The position numbers and the translations under genes are program-made. A stretch of 63,061 nt of DNA, the filler included, from Phoronis australis (Eukaryota > Animalia > Phoronida), in NCBI GenBank assembly GCA_002633005.1. It is 12 parts of 12 records of this genome, joined end to end, with 100 filler letters (N's around TTAATTAATTAA, not from the genome) between each part and the next. Parts side by side here need not be neighbours in the genome. Positions count along the whole stretch, not along the records: positions 47,487 to 53,181 come from NMRA01002290.1; positions 53,282 to 63,061 come from NMRA01000169.1; 10 more parts are not named here. One strand, given 5' to 3'. Shown here one piece after another: positions 49,055 to 59,942 of the stretch. Under the pieces are notes generated by a model. It worked only from the letters and a program-made list of their open reading frames with translations. It searched no databases and was not told where the DNA came from. Every line of letters begins with the position of its first letter. The stretch's first letter is position 1.

Positions 49055-50129
49055 TGCTTGTAAGTCGTTTGGTTAACGTGACGTCATCTAATTGCGCTAG
49101 GAACAAGTCATGTGTCAAGCCATAGCTGCACACCCTTTTGTAGCACTCTAAAAACAATGCTCTTTGTTTTGTTTATTCATGTCAATCGGTTAGATCATTC
49201 TGCCACCACATGTTTTCAGACATATGTGTTAGAGTGTTAGCATATACAGGACAATCTGTGCAAGGAATTTCGCTTGACCACCCCCCCCCGAAAACGTTAC
49301 TAATTTGGAATTTTTTTTACTTTATCTGGACTGTACCTTACAGTATAATTTAATCTTGAATACTTTGTACTGTTATACGCTGGTTACTGAAGGTGATTGT
49401 CATTGCAATGGTCATACACAAATACGTATTTTAATGAGAAATTATGTGTTTTATTACACTATTGGTTAGTCACATTTCTGATACTGCTGACAATTATACT
49501 CTAATTAGAAACAATGTTAAGTAATTTTTAAGACTGGTGTATAATTCATTAATCATGCTAGCTGTTTACCAAAATTTGTATCCTCTTGTGAATCCATAAG
49601 ATGTGAGATATTTATAATACTATCTGTGCCTTTTGNTACCACAAATAGTTTGACAAGCCTTCACCCACTTACCACACAATACCGCAGACAACTAATTTTT
49701 TATTTCTAAGTCAAACTTTTCAGTCCAAAGATATAGAAAATCTATTACTAGCATAGTTGATCTGAGTGTAGACATCATAAAACAAACTTACTAGCACGGT
49801 TTAACTGAGTGTAGACATAATAAAAAAAATTACTAGCATGGTTTAACTGACAGAGTGACTTGATGTATACATCATTAAACAAAATTTCATCAAAGTTTCC
49901 AATATTTGCAGAAAAGGAACCAGTTACAGGTAGAAAAATAAAAATTGTGGCAAAATAAAACAACCACAGTGCCTAGTTCAATATGCTTACTTACCTTGAG
50001 AACCTGTTTATATTCAGTGTAACACAGTGACTGAAACCTTCAGGTATAATAAAATTAAAATAAAAGTAACAGACAAACTCCAAATTAAACTGCTTTAATT
50101 TTAGAGATGTGATAAACCAACTTCTAGTT

Positions 50130-50418
50130 CTTACCCAAAATGCCACATGCTTCAGACTTGAATCCCTTGAAGGACATGGCCACAGAAGTGTTAATGTCAT
50201 TATTACTTACCCACAATGCCACAGGCTTCAGACTTGAATCCCTTGAAGGACATGGCCACAGAAGTGTTAATGTCATTATTACTTACCCACAATGCCACAT
50301 GCTTCAGACTTGAATCCCTTGAAGGACATGGCCACAGAAGTGTTAATGTCATTATTACTTACCCACAATGCCACATGCTTCAGACTTGAATCCCTTGAAG
50401 GACATGGCCACAGAAGTG
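50130..50418. repeat. 76-bp tandem repeat, at least 3.8 copies, running into an N gap
   Basis: TTACCCA(C/A)AATGCCACA at 50131, 50207, 50283 and 50359. Confidence 0.95.
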
Positions 50419-50820
50419 NNNNNNNNNNNNNNNNNNNNNNNNNNNNNNNNNNNNNNNNNNNNNNNNNNNNNNNNNNNNNNNNNNNNNNNNNNNNNNNNNN
50501 NNNNNNNNNNNNNNNNNNNNNNNNNNNNNNNNNNNNNNNNNNNNNNNNNNNNNNNNNNNNNNNNNNNNNNNNNNNNNNNNNNNNNNNNNNNNNNNNNNNN
50601 NNNNNNNNNNNNNNNNNNNNNNNNNNNNNNNNNNNNNNNNNNNNNNNNNNNNNNNNNNNNNNNNNNNNNNNNNNNNNNNNNNNNNNNNNNNNNNNNNNNN
50701 NNNNNNNNNNNNNNNNNNNNNNNNNNNNNNNNNNNNNNNNNNNNNNNNNNNNNNNNNNNNNNNNNNNNNNNNNNNNNNNNNNNNNNNNNNNNNNNNNNNN
50801 NNNNNNNNNNNNNNNNNNNN

Positions 50821-51525
50821 ATGTGTCTCTCTTCATAATGACACTTTTAGGTGAATTGACGTGTGGGACACCAGATTCTACTGTTGTACAACTGGTATGT
50901 TTTACTGATTGTAAGTCATTATTTGAGGCAATTAAGTCACAAAAGTTTGTAACAGAGAAGAGGCTTCGAATGGAAATCAGTGGTATAAAGGAACTCATTG
51001 AAAACAAACAGATTAAAGAAATTAAATGGTGTGATTCTAAAGCTCAACTAGCTGATTGTCTTACAAAACGTGGAGCATCCTCTATTGTACTGCGAAAAGT
51101 GTTAGAGACAGGCATGTTAGAACTTTAGTCAGAACATTTATTGTATACGTGTTAGTAAAACTATATTAGATAGTTTTTGGTGTATGGATCATCTTAAGGA
51201 AAAGAAAGAGAGAGGAATTTGATAACTGTATTGGAATGTGTTTATATCCTGTCATTGCATAATATGCTATCCTGTTGTTGTTTATGGTTTAGTGGTTCCT
51301 GTTTTGTAGTCAGTACTCTATTAGTCATATATTCCTAGAACCTATAGACTTCCTGTACATTTCTGTATATATTCTATTATTTGTTGATATCAATACACTT
51401 TTAGTTCGACAGCCAACTGGGCACAATCTTTGTTTTACTCACGACTTTTCATTAAGTGCTCCACTCGAAGAAAGAATACTAAATTAGACTTGTCTTTCTT
51501 CCGAACTTGAGTTATTTTTCTAACA
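50821..51525 (+). mobile_element. Ty1/Copia (GalEa-like) retrotransposon 3' end: RNase H C-terminus to 51128, PPT 51196-51217, putative 3' LTR ~51220-51525
   Basis: FTDCKSLFEAIKSQKFVTEKRLRMEISGIKE...QLADCLTKRGASS carries the Copia ADxLTK motif and the GalEa-type KRLR.(E/D)I motif. PPT AAGGAAAAGAAAGAGAGAGGAA, then TGATA...TAACA. Confidence 0.8.
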
Positions 51526-51619
51526 AAAGAAAGACATTAAATGTCCCAATGTAATAACCACATTAGCAGTGACCAGTATGTGCATCCCCAATAATGTACG
51601 ATCAAAGAGGCTTATTTAC

Positions 51620-51856
51620 CTGCAATCCAAGATCAGCAAACAGTCCAGTATTGTCAACTTCCATGTCCTTCCAGGCAACCACCTGATCGCCACCAGAGGT
51701 AGTGCCAATCGCCACATAATACTTTGTAATGCCACTCTCATAGTCAAAGCCTCTCCAGTAGGCATTGAGTCCCTCGGAGCCAATGTGCATGACTGTTGGA
51801 TTGCTTGGATCAGCGGGATCAAGCTCTTCATCCTCCTCCAGTAATCCCACATGCAC
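51620..51856 (-). CDS. Internal exon of a large uncharacterised FN3-like repeat protein
   Basis: 237 nt, phase 0-0, acceptor TCACAG, donor GTAAAT. VHVGLLEEDEELDPADPSNPTVMHIGSEGLNAYWRGFDYESGITKYYVAIGTTSGGDQVVAWKDMEVDNTGLFADLGLQ has the W.GF.(D).ESGI..Y..AIGT..GG repeat motif of marine-invertebrate FN3-like proteins. Confidence 0.75.
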
Positions 51857-52247
51857 CTGTGATATCACCATGACAACAAATGTGTAAATATTATGATCCA
51901 TGTTTATCATTAACCATCACTAGTCCCTTCACAATACACGAGCTAAATTACATGCTTCTTTGCTGGGATTGGAGGGGTCTACCTCTTCACCTTTCATTGG
52001 GAGACCCACACTTGTTAAAACACAAACAATCTGATACACCTAGTCCGCAGTTTCACAAGATGCATACACGATGAGTGATAACACGAGACAACACTGCACA
52101 CAATTTGACACAGTATCATCTTTGAAAACAATGCTAAATAAATGCTTTGGGGTACAACCCTTAGAGTGATTTCGTTTTTATACAAGAAGCTAGCATGCTC
52201 AATCACATTTTTGCCCATGGATCAGAGTGGGTGCAGATTGTTAATGA

Positions 52248-52425
52248 CAGGTGCTAATAGCATTCTGAGCGACAATAGACTGAAGACTAGTTTGAGTTAA
52301 TCACTTTATTAATCTGAACTATACACTCACAAGTCTACTCAAACAAAACATAAGATGTAATGTATGTTCTATGCTCCAGGCAGTGTTGCAATTAAGACTT
52401 GACTTGTGATGAACTTCTGAGACAT
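52248..52425 (-). mobile_element. Old diverged fragment of the Gypsy LTR family of 37659-38463
   Basis: Reverse-complement similarity to ~38245-38420 (CACAAGTCTACTCAAACAAAAC; CTTGACTTGTGATGAACTTCTGAGAC). Confidence 0.7.
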
Positions 52426-52448
52426 TTCTGACTCAATGATTCAGTAAG

Positions 52449-53008
52449 CATGTCGTGAACACATCCACTAAAACAAGAAACTGTAGGAACACCGCATTTA
52501 TGCACCTTCACTCTTATCAGGCTTCTATTGTGAGTCAGCATGCGTGAATAATTGGCTGATAAGCCACCTCTGGAACTACTTTTGGCTGAATGGATGACCA
52601 GGCCATAAAATGATAATTAGCCGAGACCAGTTACTATAATGCAACAAAGAATAATGTCTTGCATCACCTAGCCTTGGTGGAAAGCTGTATACTGTATTGG
52701 CTCAAACAAACGCTTAAAAAATTCATTTCACGGGGAGGGTACGCTTATTGTAGTGAGCCTACGGCAGTTGAAACCCGGTTTCCCAAACGGGTAAAATCGG
52801 AAGCTAGTATTCATCAAATTTACGCTCTGTGACGTAGTTGTAGCCTATGACAGCCTTTCTACAAAATTATGGTGCATTGCTATCAACTTCCGTTGTTAAA
52901 TTACAATAATTTTTCAAAAAACTGTGCACAGGGCGAAAACTTGCCGACTGATGCGTCGCTGAATCGCGATCGTCAATAGGAAAACTTGAACTCTTGAATA
53001 AAAATATA
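52449..53008 (+). repeat. ~560-bp dispersed repeat, copy 2 (see 27842-28403)
   Basis: Colinear near-identity with 27842-28403. Confidence 0.9.
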
Positions 53009-54683
53009 GTTTCGACTCAACAAATTACCTGAAATCTTCCTTATGTTTTACAATTTTAAAGTTCACGTGGAGTCCAGATTAATTGTGATTAAGTCCAAAT
53101 CTGCTCTACATCGTACCCCACAACACGAGAAAAATCTCTGGATGAACACACATGTTGTTGTCACGTGACGTTTGTTTTGAANNNNNNNNNNNNNNNNNNN
53201 NNNNNNNNNNNNNNNNNNNNNNNNNTTAATTAATTAANNNNNNNNNNNNNNNNNNNNNNNNNNNNNNNNNNNNNNNNNNNNAGAAGCCACATTCATTTGG
53301 GGCTGGTCTGTTTAACCCCGACCAGTAGGGACAGAAAAGCGCTGATTGTCCATGTGTTGAGATACATGCTTAGATTCAAGTCCGTTTTCACGTTCATCTC
53401 ATCCATTAGGTGGCAACAGGACCCGACTACTAGGTCTTCCCGCATCACAAACTTATAAGCTACAACACTTGGATCGACAGCCCCTTCTCCTAGTTCCCTA
53501 AGGAGGAGGGTGTACTCCCAGCGTAAGGGTCCGCCCTCACAGATCAGTTATCCAAGGCTTGGTATGTCTACCTTCAGTGGCAGAACCTCGCTACCTCCCA
53601 GAAAAGGGGACTGTATCAAAATAATGCAGCAGTTAACCGGTTCTAACAACAAATAAAATTCACATTTGCCCGAGTTGCGCGCCAAACAAAAGCTAATTCA
53701 CATTTATTGTCAAAAGATTGAAATCCTGACAGCGATCGCTGATTGGCTGATATGTCAGAAACGTGGCTTGTGGGCCATCGACTGTTTATCACATATTTGC
53801 TGCTCCATATTGCAAAGAGCTTACATCGTGTTTTATCATTGTATTAACCGTTCTTATATTTTACTGTTTGCCACAGTGCTGTAAAAGGTCCACTGTGCCT
53901 TTTTATGGCTTCTGGTTGTTCGTACTCTTCGAAAAGGGTGTATTCTAAGGGAAGGGACATAGCATCGGTTGCCCTACATGGAGCTAGCCTTGGTACAAAG
54001 CTGTATACTAAATATACAGCTTCGTGCCGACATGGGTACAAAATGGACAAATAAAATCTGACCCAAAACTGTCGTTAAACTACTCTCTTCCTTGAGTAAA
54101 CTAATTTATTTACAGGTGTTAGAAAATTTAGCGTTGTGACGTTAATCTGCTGCGACTAAAATTATGATGCGTTCTTTTGGGTCGGCTTTCGTCGATTACG
54201 TTACCTTGATCAGTTTCTTTTCCCTCGATTCTTTAATCTAATGTTCTTCGTTGCCGGCAAGAGATCGCGAACATGTCGCAACAAATTATCGGATCTTGTC
54301 TCATTTCGTTAAAAGTTTTTAATTACAGCAAACCGAATTTTAGAGCAAACCTTGCTGCTGTGAAGCTGTGATCCATCCCCCAAAACACGTCACATTTTAG
54401 GAAATGGCGCGTGCGCCGTGTCAAGAGCGTATTATTTTTGAAAACGGTTGACAGATTTCTTTATTAAAAAAAGCCGCGAATTATTCTAGAAAATGACGTG
54501 TATTTGATTGTTTTCTACTTGAACGGCTGTAACAAACAAAATGAGTGTTGGTTGACTACCAGATTTTGCATGACCCCGCCAGCCGTTAGCTCTACATGTT
54601 GATACTAAGTTTCACAACGAGGTGACGAGCATAACTATCCAGGTAGTTAACTATCTGTATGAAATTCCGGGGTCTAATGGAGC

Positions 54684-54900
54684 TCAATACAGTTGTACAA
54701 TAGTCTTCATACAGCTATCGTCGTCACTTAACCAACACTTTAATAGTTTATAGAACTGAGTATTGGCTGGCAGCTCGCTGGCTGGCTGAAGTCCGCACTG
54801 CCCACAGTCACACCAGGGTAAATTATTGGTACGGGCTGGTTGCACCGGCATATTTTCGTCTGACGATGACCACGACAGGGTATCTATCTCAGGTTTCCCT
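54684..54900 (-). pseudogene. Possible Kolobok KolX / P2X7-ballast-like Cys-rich relic
   Basis: An acidic stretch followed by ARTNNLPWCDCGQC matches the R..N..WCxCGxC motif. The downstream part is degenerate. Confidence 0.4.
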
Positions 54901-55657
54901 GGTGACCTGTTTATTTTTTGCTGTTGAATCATTGGTGAGCTCTCTTTTAAGGTGACTTTCCCATTGACCCTGCTCTAGTGCTGACATCTTATTGGCTTTG
55001 AAAATAATCTTCTTGTTCAGACCTAACAAAGGAAGGTGCATGACTGTGTTTATTTCAGTGAATTAGTTTCTTCCACCTCAGTGAATTTCCTTTTCATCTC
55101 TGGTAACGAGCTTGCGACGCACGTATCATTTATCTATTATTCGGGACATATGTCAATCATAAATCACCTTTTAATTCAAACAACTGCCAATAACAACCGC
55201 ACGCAATTGTGTTCTATTCAAACCCCTATGCAACTGTTATTTGTGCTGAGATCTCGCGATGACGCAGCATGGCAGGAAAAGACATTTGTGTGATTTAACT
55301 AGCGTTTTCTAATTTTCCTAAACCTTTGCTAGGGCTATCTGGTTAGCGGAATTCATCTAAAATAATACAATTCCGATGAAGTTCGGCTTAAATGGCCTGA
55401 GCAGATATCCCTCATGCAATATTCGGGTCAAAGGTCAAACTGACCATTGCTACTTTTAAACAGAGAAAACACCATCTACTTGGAATCCTAAAATCCATTT
55501 TGCGACACAACAGGGGCATCTTGAAACTGAATATTGCGTTTCTCTTTCATGAAAGGCGAGTTTGTGCAGTAACGGTTAAAATCACTTTTGGTTAAAACCG
55601 ATGAAGTACGATTTCGCACCCTTTGTATTATGTTCACGAAAACAACAACGGATTTAA

Positions 55658-55705
55658 AACTTGACATGTTTCGGTGTCATTTATTAAACACCATCCTCAG
55701 AAGTC
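55658..55705 (-). ncRNA. Minimal type I hammerhead ribozyme (Penelope-like-element type), copy 2
   Basis: All 48 nt identical to 28455-28502. Confidence 0.8.
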
Positions 55706-56858
55706 ATAGTACAGTGGCCACCTAGCTAGGCCCAGCAACAAGTAATGAAGCACAGATACAGTCAGTTACAGGGAGTGACAATGAACTGCTGTTACTTGCT
55801 ATCATGGAGACCTTTGTATTATGCTGGTAATGAATATGAAGCAACAGGGAATGTCCATCTAAAGCATTACAGAGGGGTGACAAGGGTATATGTATCCAAA
55901 TATTGAGAAGATTATTAAGTGATACTTTTAAGATCAGTCTTGAAACACTAGAACCTTTTATCAATTCTTTGGAACTTGTTTTTAGAATACTGACCAACTT
56001 CGTTGTCTTTGAGGAAACAGACACATAGTCGTATTCGTGAAAAATGGCATAGTCCTCAAAGATGGTACACTGAAGGGTAGGCACATGGATTCACACTACG
56101 TGGTGTATTAGCACTACCTCTGGATTACCACAGTCAAAGTGTATAAGAGTCTCGATCACACTCGAAATTTATCAACTAGCGGCAACGTATGAACTTGAAC
56201 CAGCTCACTGCAAGATTACCTGACCCCCATTCTCAGGTTAGTTCTTGGTCAAATTTTTTCACCACTGTTGTATGGATTCAAAACAAAGTGTATTTAAACT
56301 TTTTAACGTTGCGCCCGTTACTTATAAATGACGAGTAGCGGCTGCAACACATTACTTTCTCTATCATCTGATTACTGCACGATTATGTTTCTTCTTATCT
56401 CAGGAGAGACGTTGTTTCACCTCAGGAGTTAACTATAACAATAGGCTTCAGTCTTATGCCTGTCGAGTAAATTACCCATGTGAATACACTCTGCTCCCGT
56501 TAACCAAGATGTCTAACTGAACCTTAGTGTGACGTGTAAGGGTCAGTGGAGGCTGAGTGATAGGCAGTACCGTGCGCAACTAAAAGTTATCGTTTGGCTG
56601 ACAAACACGCAGCGAAACTTGAAATACAAACATAATGATCCTAATTTATAAAACATTATTACGAACGAAATACGCAAATCCATCAGCCATTTCACGGTCA
56701 AACACACGAAACATGTGTTAACGCTCACTAAAACCACCAAACATGGCTGAACTCTCGACACTTTTCTGCCCAGCGGCTTACACATAATCTAACATTTATA
56801 CATTTCTCTTAACTAAAGGCCACGAGGAGGAGATACAGAATTCATGGGCCTTTCTATC

Positions 56859-58525
56859 TTAAGTGAATAAAAACGAGTTCTCATGTGATCCCTTCTGCAG
56901 CACCTTGAGACGGTTCACAGCTGAGGCCCCACGCTTTGTCATGCAGTTGGCTAATTGTTTAGATCTGGGACACAACTTTACTGCAGAGATTTCACTAGTG
57001 TCTAATGACTGCTTGATTGTACCAATGTCCAGTCTGAGGCGCTTATCACCCACCAACTTTGTGGAATGCTATGTTTCTCCAACACTCTTATTGTCCACGT
57101 AGACCACAACTGGTATTGACCCCTTGGGTATATATAACAATTCCTGTACTACACTATCCCTTCTTCTAAACCGAGCGCTTCCGCAGCAATGGTGGATCCA
57201 CTCATTTAATTTTATTGGCAGACCAAGACAGAGGACAACATTTGCCATTCTGTCCTTCCAACAGAACGATATTGGCACCAACACTACTAACACCGTCACT
57301 CAAGTTAGCGTGACCTGCGTCACTTTAAACAGTTGACGTGATGTCATTTGTGGTGCATCAGATGTGCGCAGGCCTCATGGTTGGGCCCATTGCACCAAAC
57401 ACCTGAGATAAACTCGAGGCACCCGTTATGGTTTGTCGTGAAGGAAGCTTTCAAGTCTGCCTGTCTCCTGTAAGAAAACAGCCACGCCTTATACCCTGTA
57501 TTGGAATGTTGCAGATTAGTAGACTGTTCGTCAGACTGTCAGCTCCCTTGTTACGAGACACAACCTGGCCCTTCACTACTGGAATCGGGATCTACTGGAG
57601 GAATATCTTTACATGTTTTGCTTGAAATAGGCACATCAGCTGTGGGTTCTTGGCCCTCAGAAATGTTATGACCAGTTTTAACTAACTGACCGGGCGATAC
57701 AGGCACAATGGATCCACCATGACGGACAAAAACAATTACCTTTCCATTCTAAAATACTACACGGGCCTAGACATTGTTCCCTATTCTCTAGTTTGTAGTA
57801 AACCCTATCCCAATGTTCAAAAACCTGATGAGATGCTCGAACCTTACGTCACAGTGCCCGCCGTATTTTCTCATCAACCTCTGATGCAGTAAATGCTTTC
57901 CTCGGAGCATACAACGAACTGAGATGGTTACCAATTGTCTCGCTGGTAGCCAAATCTTACTAAGTCGGTAAACCATATGCCATAACGTTTAGAAGATTGA
58001 AATTTCTACAGAATACGAGTTGATAGCTACTGAAGCCATTCCACCTTTGGAAATAATATGAGCCACATGTGTTCTTGTGTTAGCACATCAGAGTAAAACT
58101 TCTGTGTTTGTCTTGAGGTACTGCTCTAACAACTTCACCATCGTGCTATCAGTAACCGCATGAATGCTCTTAAGCAAACCATTTTGGCATTGAGTACCTG
58201 CAGCTATTGGGTGCACGTCAAGATTTAACACACTGGCCACCTCTCTGATTTCGTCAGAACTAAATGCCAAAAAATCGCACCCGTGGCACCAAAACCAGCC
58301 CCCAACCCAGTGTGTCGATTACCGCACCCGATTTCTTACGATCCATAAACGCAATAATAGTGAGCGTAGACCACATGCCAACTAAGTGAAAAATTCGACG
58401 TGAATTCCACTTCTTCAAATCTACAGCAACCCTTTGGTTAAAATCGTTTGTCATTGGCATTGCAACAACACGCCGGGGTGGGGGGGTCTTAGCATAAACC
58501 TTACACATTTGACAACTGTCGCAAA
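56859..58525 (-). mobile_element. Heavily decayed Copia (GalEa-like) pol remnant: integrase and RNase H; RT region not recognised
   Basis: Integrase: CKVYAKTPPPRRVVAMPMTNDFNQRVAVDLK, FSSDEIREVASVLNLDVHPIAAGTQCQNGL, NGFSSYQLVF. RNase H: YVDNKS...DKRLRLDIGTIKQ...QLANCMTKRGAS. Integrase precedes RNase H (Copia order). Multiple frameshifts and stops. Confidence 0.82.
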
Positions 58526-58793
58526 CGTAACCTGTCCGTATTTATTTATTTACAGACAGGTTACGTTTTGATGGTCTTCTTCGTTCATAGCAGTGTCTTG
58601 CTTAACTTGCCTCGGAACGTCAATACAGAATTTTGGCCACTATAAGAAAATCGATTTGCATACATTTGGCAGCAGAAATTTAACCCGCACCATTAACTAC
58701 CAAGGTAATATAATTTTGAGCCGCTCTTTCAGTGTCTTTTTTGAATCATTATTAAGTTAATAGACAGCCGCTCTACATACATTAACAGTGATT

Positions 58794-58994
58794 ATGGATT
58801 CTGATGAGTTTCGCCGGCGAGGCAAAGAGATGGTGGATTACGTGGCTGACTATTTGGACAACATACGGGAACGACGAGTGTATCCCACTATAAAGCCAAG
58901 CTATCTTAGGGAACTCATACCCGAGGAAGCGCCGGTAGAGGGTGAGAACTGGGATAACGTCATGGCAGACGTCGAAAGAGTCATTATGCCCGGG
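58794..58994 (+). CDS. DDC: Aromatic-L-amino-acid (DOPA) decarboxylase, first coding exon (67 codons)
   Basis: MDSDEFRRRGKEMVDYVADYLDNIRERRVYPTIKPSYLRELIPEEAPVEGENWDNVMADVERVIMPG, with donor GTAGGT after IMPG. Group II PLP decarboxylase; a TDC or HDC paralogue is not fully excluded. Confidence 0.9.
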
Positions 58995-58998
58995 GTAG

Positions 58999-59130
58999 GT
59001 ATACATGCACGTACACACACACGCAAGCACACACAAATACACACACATATATGCATGCATATGCATATGTACGGATATATGTGTGTGTGTGCTTGCGCGC
59101 AAACACATCCGTATATTTACATACACATGT
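58999..59130. repeat. Alternating purine-pyrimidine (CA/TA/TG) low-complexity tract in the DDC intron
   Basis: ACACACACACGCAAGCACACAC...ATATGTGTGTGTGTGC. Confidence 0.85.
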
Positions 59131-59575
59131 TTCGTTACATAAATCGATAGTTCATCGACTTTGCAAGTTGAGTCACTTCGCGAGTCATAATATACCACGT
59201 GATCTAGTCGTTAGGTGAGAGGCATTGCCTATCATTAAATCGTTTTAATTGCTTAAAATCACGAATTTCATATTAAAAACAGCACCACTAGTCGATCAGC
59301 TATGAACTTAGAACACCCGCAAACACTAGCTGACGATATGTCAATTAAATGATCTCGAGTTGTTGGTCTAAACATACTTCGTGTAATATTGGGACAACAT
59401 AGCACTAATCATCCTCCATTGTGTTTAGTGTGAAAATTCGTCAGATATTGATGCTCGTTTTCCGGTGGTGAGGCGTTGCGTTTGTGGTGGTTTTGACAGC
59501 TTAGCATTTAACCACGATGTGATTGTTATTACTTTCCCACGAGACATCAGACAAGCGCATATATGGCACACATCT

Positions 59576-59869
59576 CAGTGAAGGAGGGGGGGGCCATGCC
59601 CCCCCCCCCCTAAAATTCTCTTAGATGCCATTTGAGAGTTCGGGGTGCGAATTGCTGAGTAGCATATGCGCGCACCCAGGGGATTGGGGGAGGGGGGGCG
59701 AATGCACAATACATAGGCTTTGAAGAGACTCCTTTTTTAGTAATATGGTCCGCAAACGCAAATATTCGAGTCCCCTGCATCCCTACATTTTAGGCTGGAC
59801 GCGCGCGTGGCGAAATTCTGGTTATTCCTGAGCCCTGCCCCCCAACTTGAAATCCTGGATCCTCGCCTG
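59576..59869 (-). mobile_element. MITE family A copy interrupted by a family B MITE (~59663-59809)
   Basis: Flanks match the reverse complement of 23295-23454. The insert ends in ATGCGCGCACCCAG and CTGGACGCGCGCGTG. Confidence 0.7.
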
Positions 59870-59942
59870 TGTTTGTGCTAGACACTCACGTGATGGTGGA
59901 CACGACACACTTGCGCCGAGTACGTTCTGACGTCACACTTAA

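Noticed and set aside
48746-49063. 105-aa ORF of (P(G/R)WKLF(S/Q))n repeats
   Set aside because: It is the translation of a 21-bp palindromic minisatellite, with no synonymous-type variation or splice context.
53282-53620. GC-richer segment resembling a non-LTR (RTE-like) 5' UTR with a possible HDV-like ribozyme on the minus strand
   Set aside because: I could not build a consistent P1/P1.1/P2/P3 double pseudoknot by eye, and there is no linked ORF. A descriptor or covariance search is needed.
47487-58994. Apparent neural gene cluster (innexin plus DDC)
   Set aside because: The two genes are separated by the artificial linker at 53182-53281 and lie on different scaffolds.
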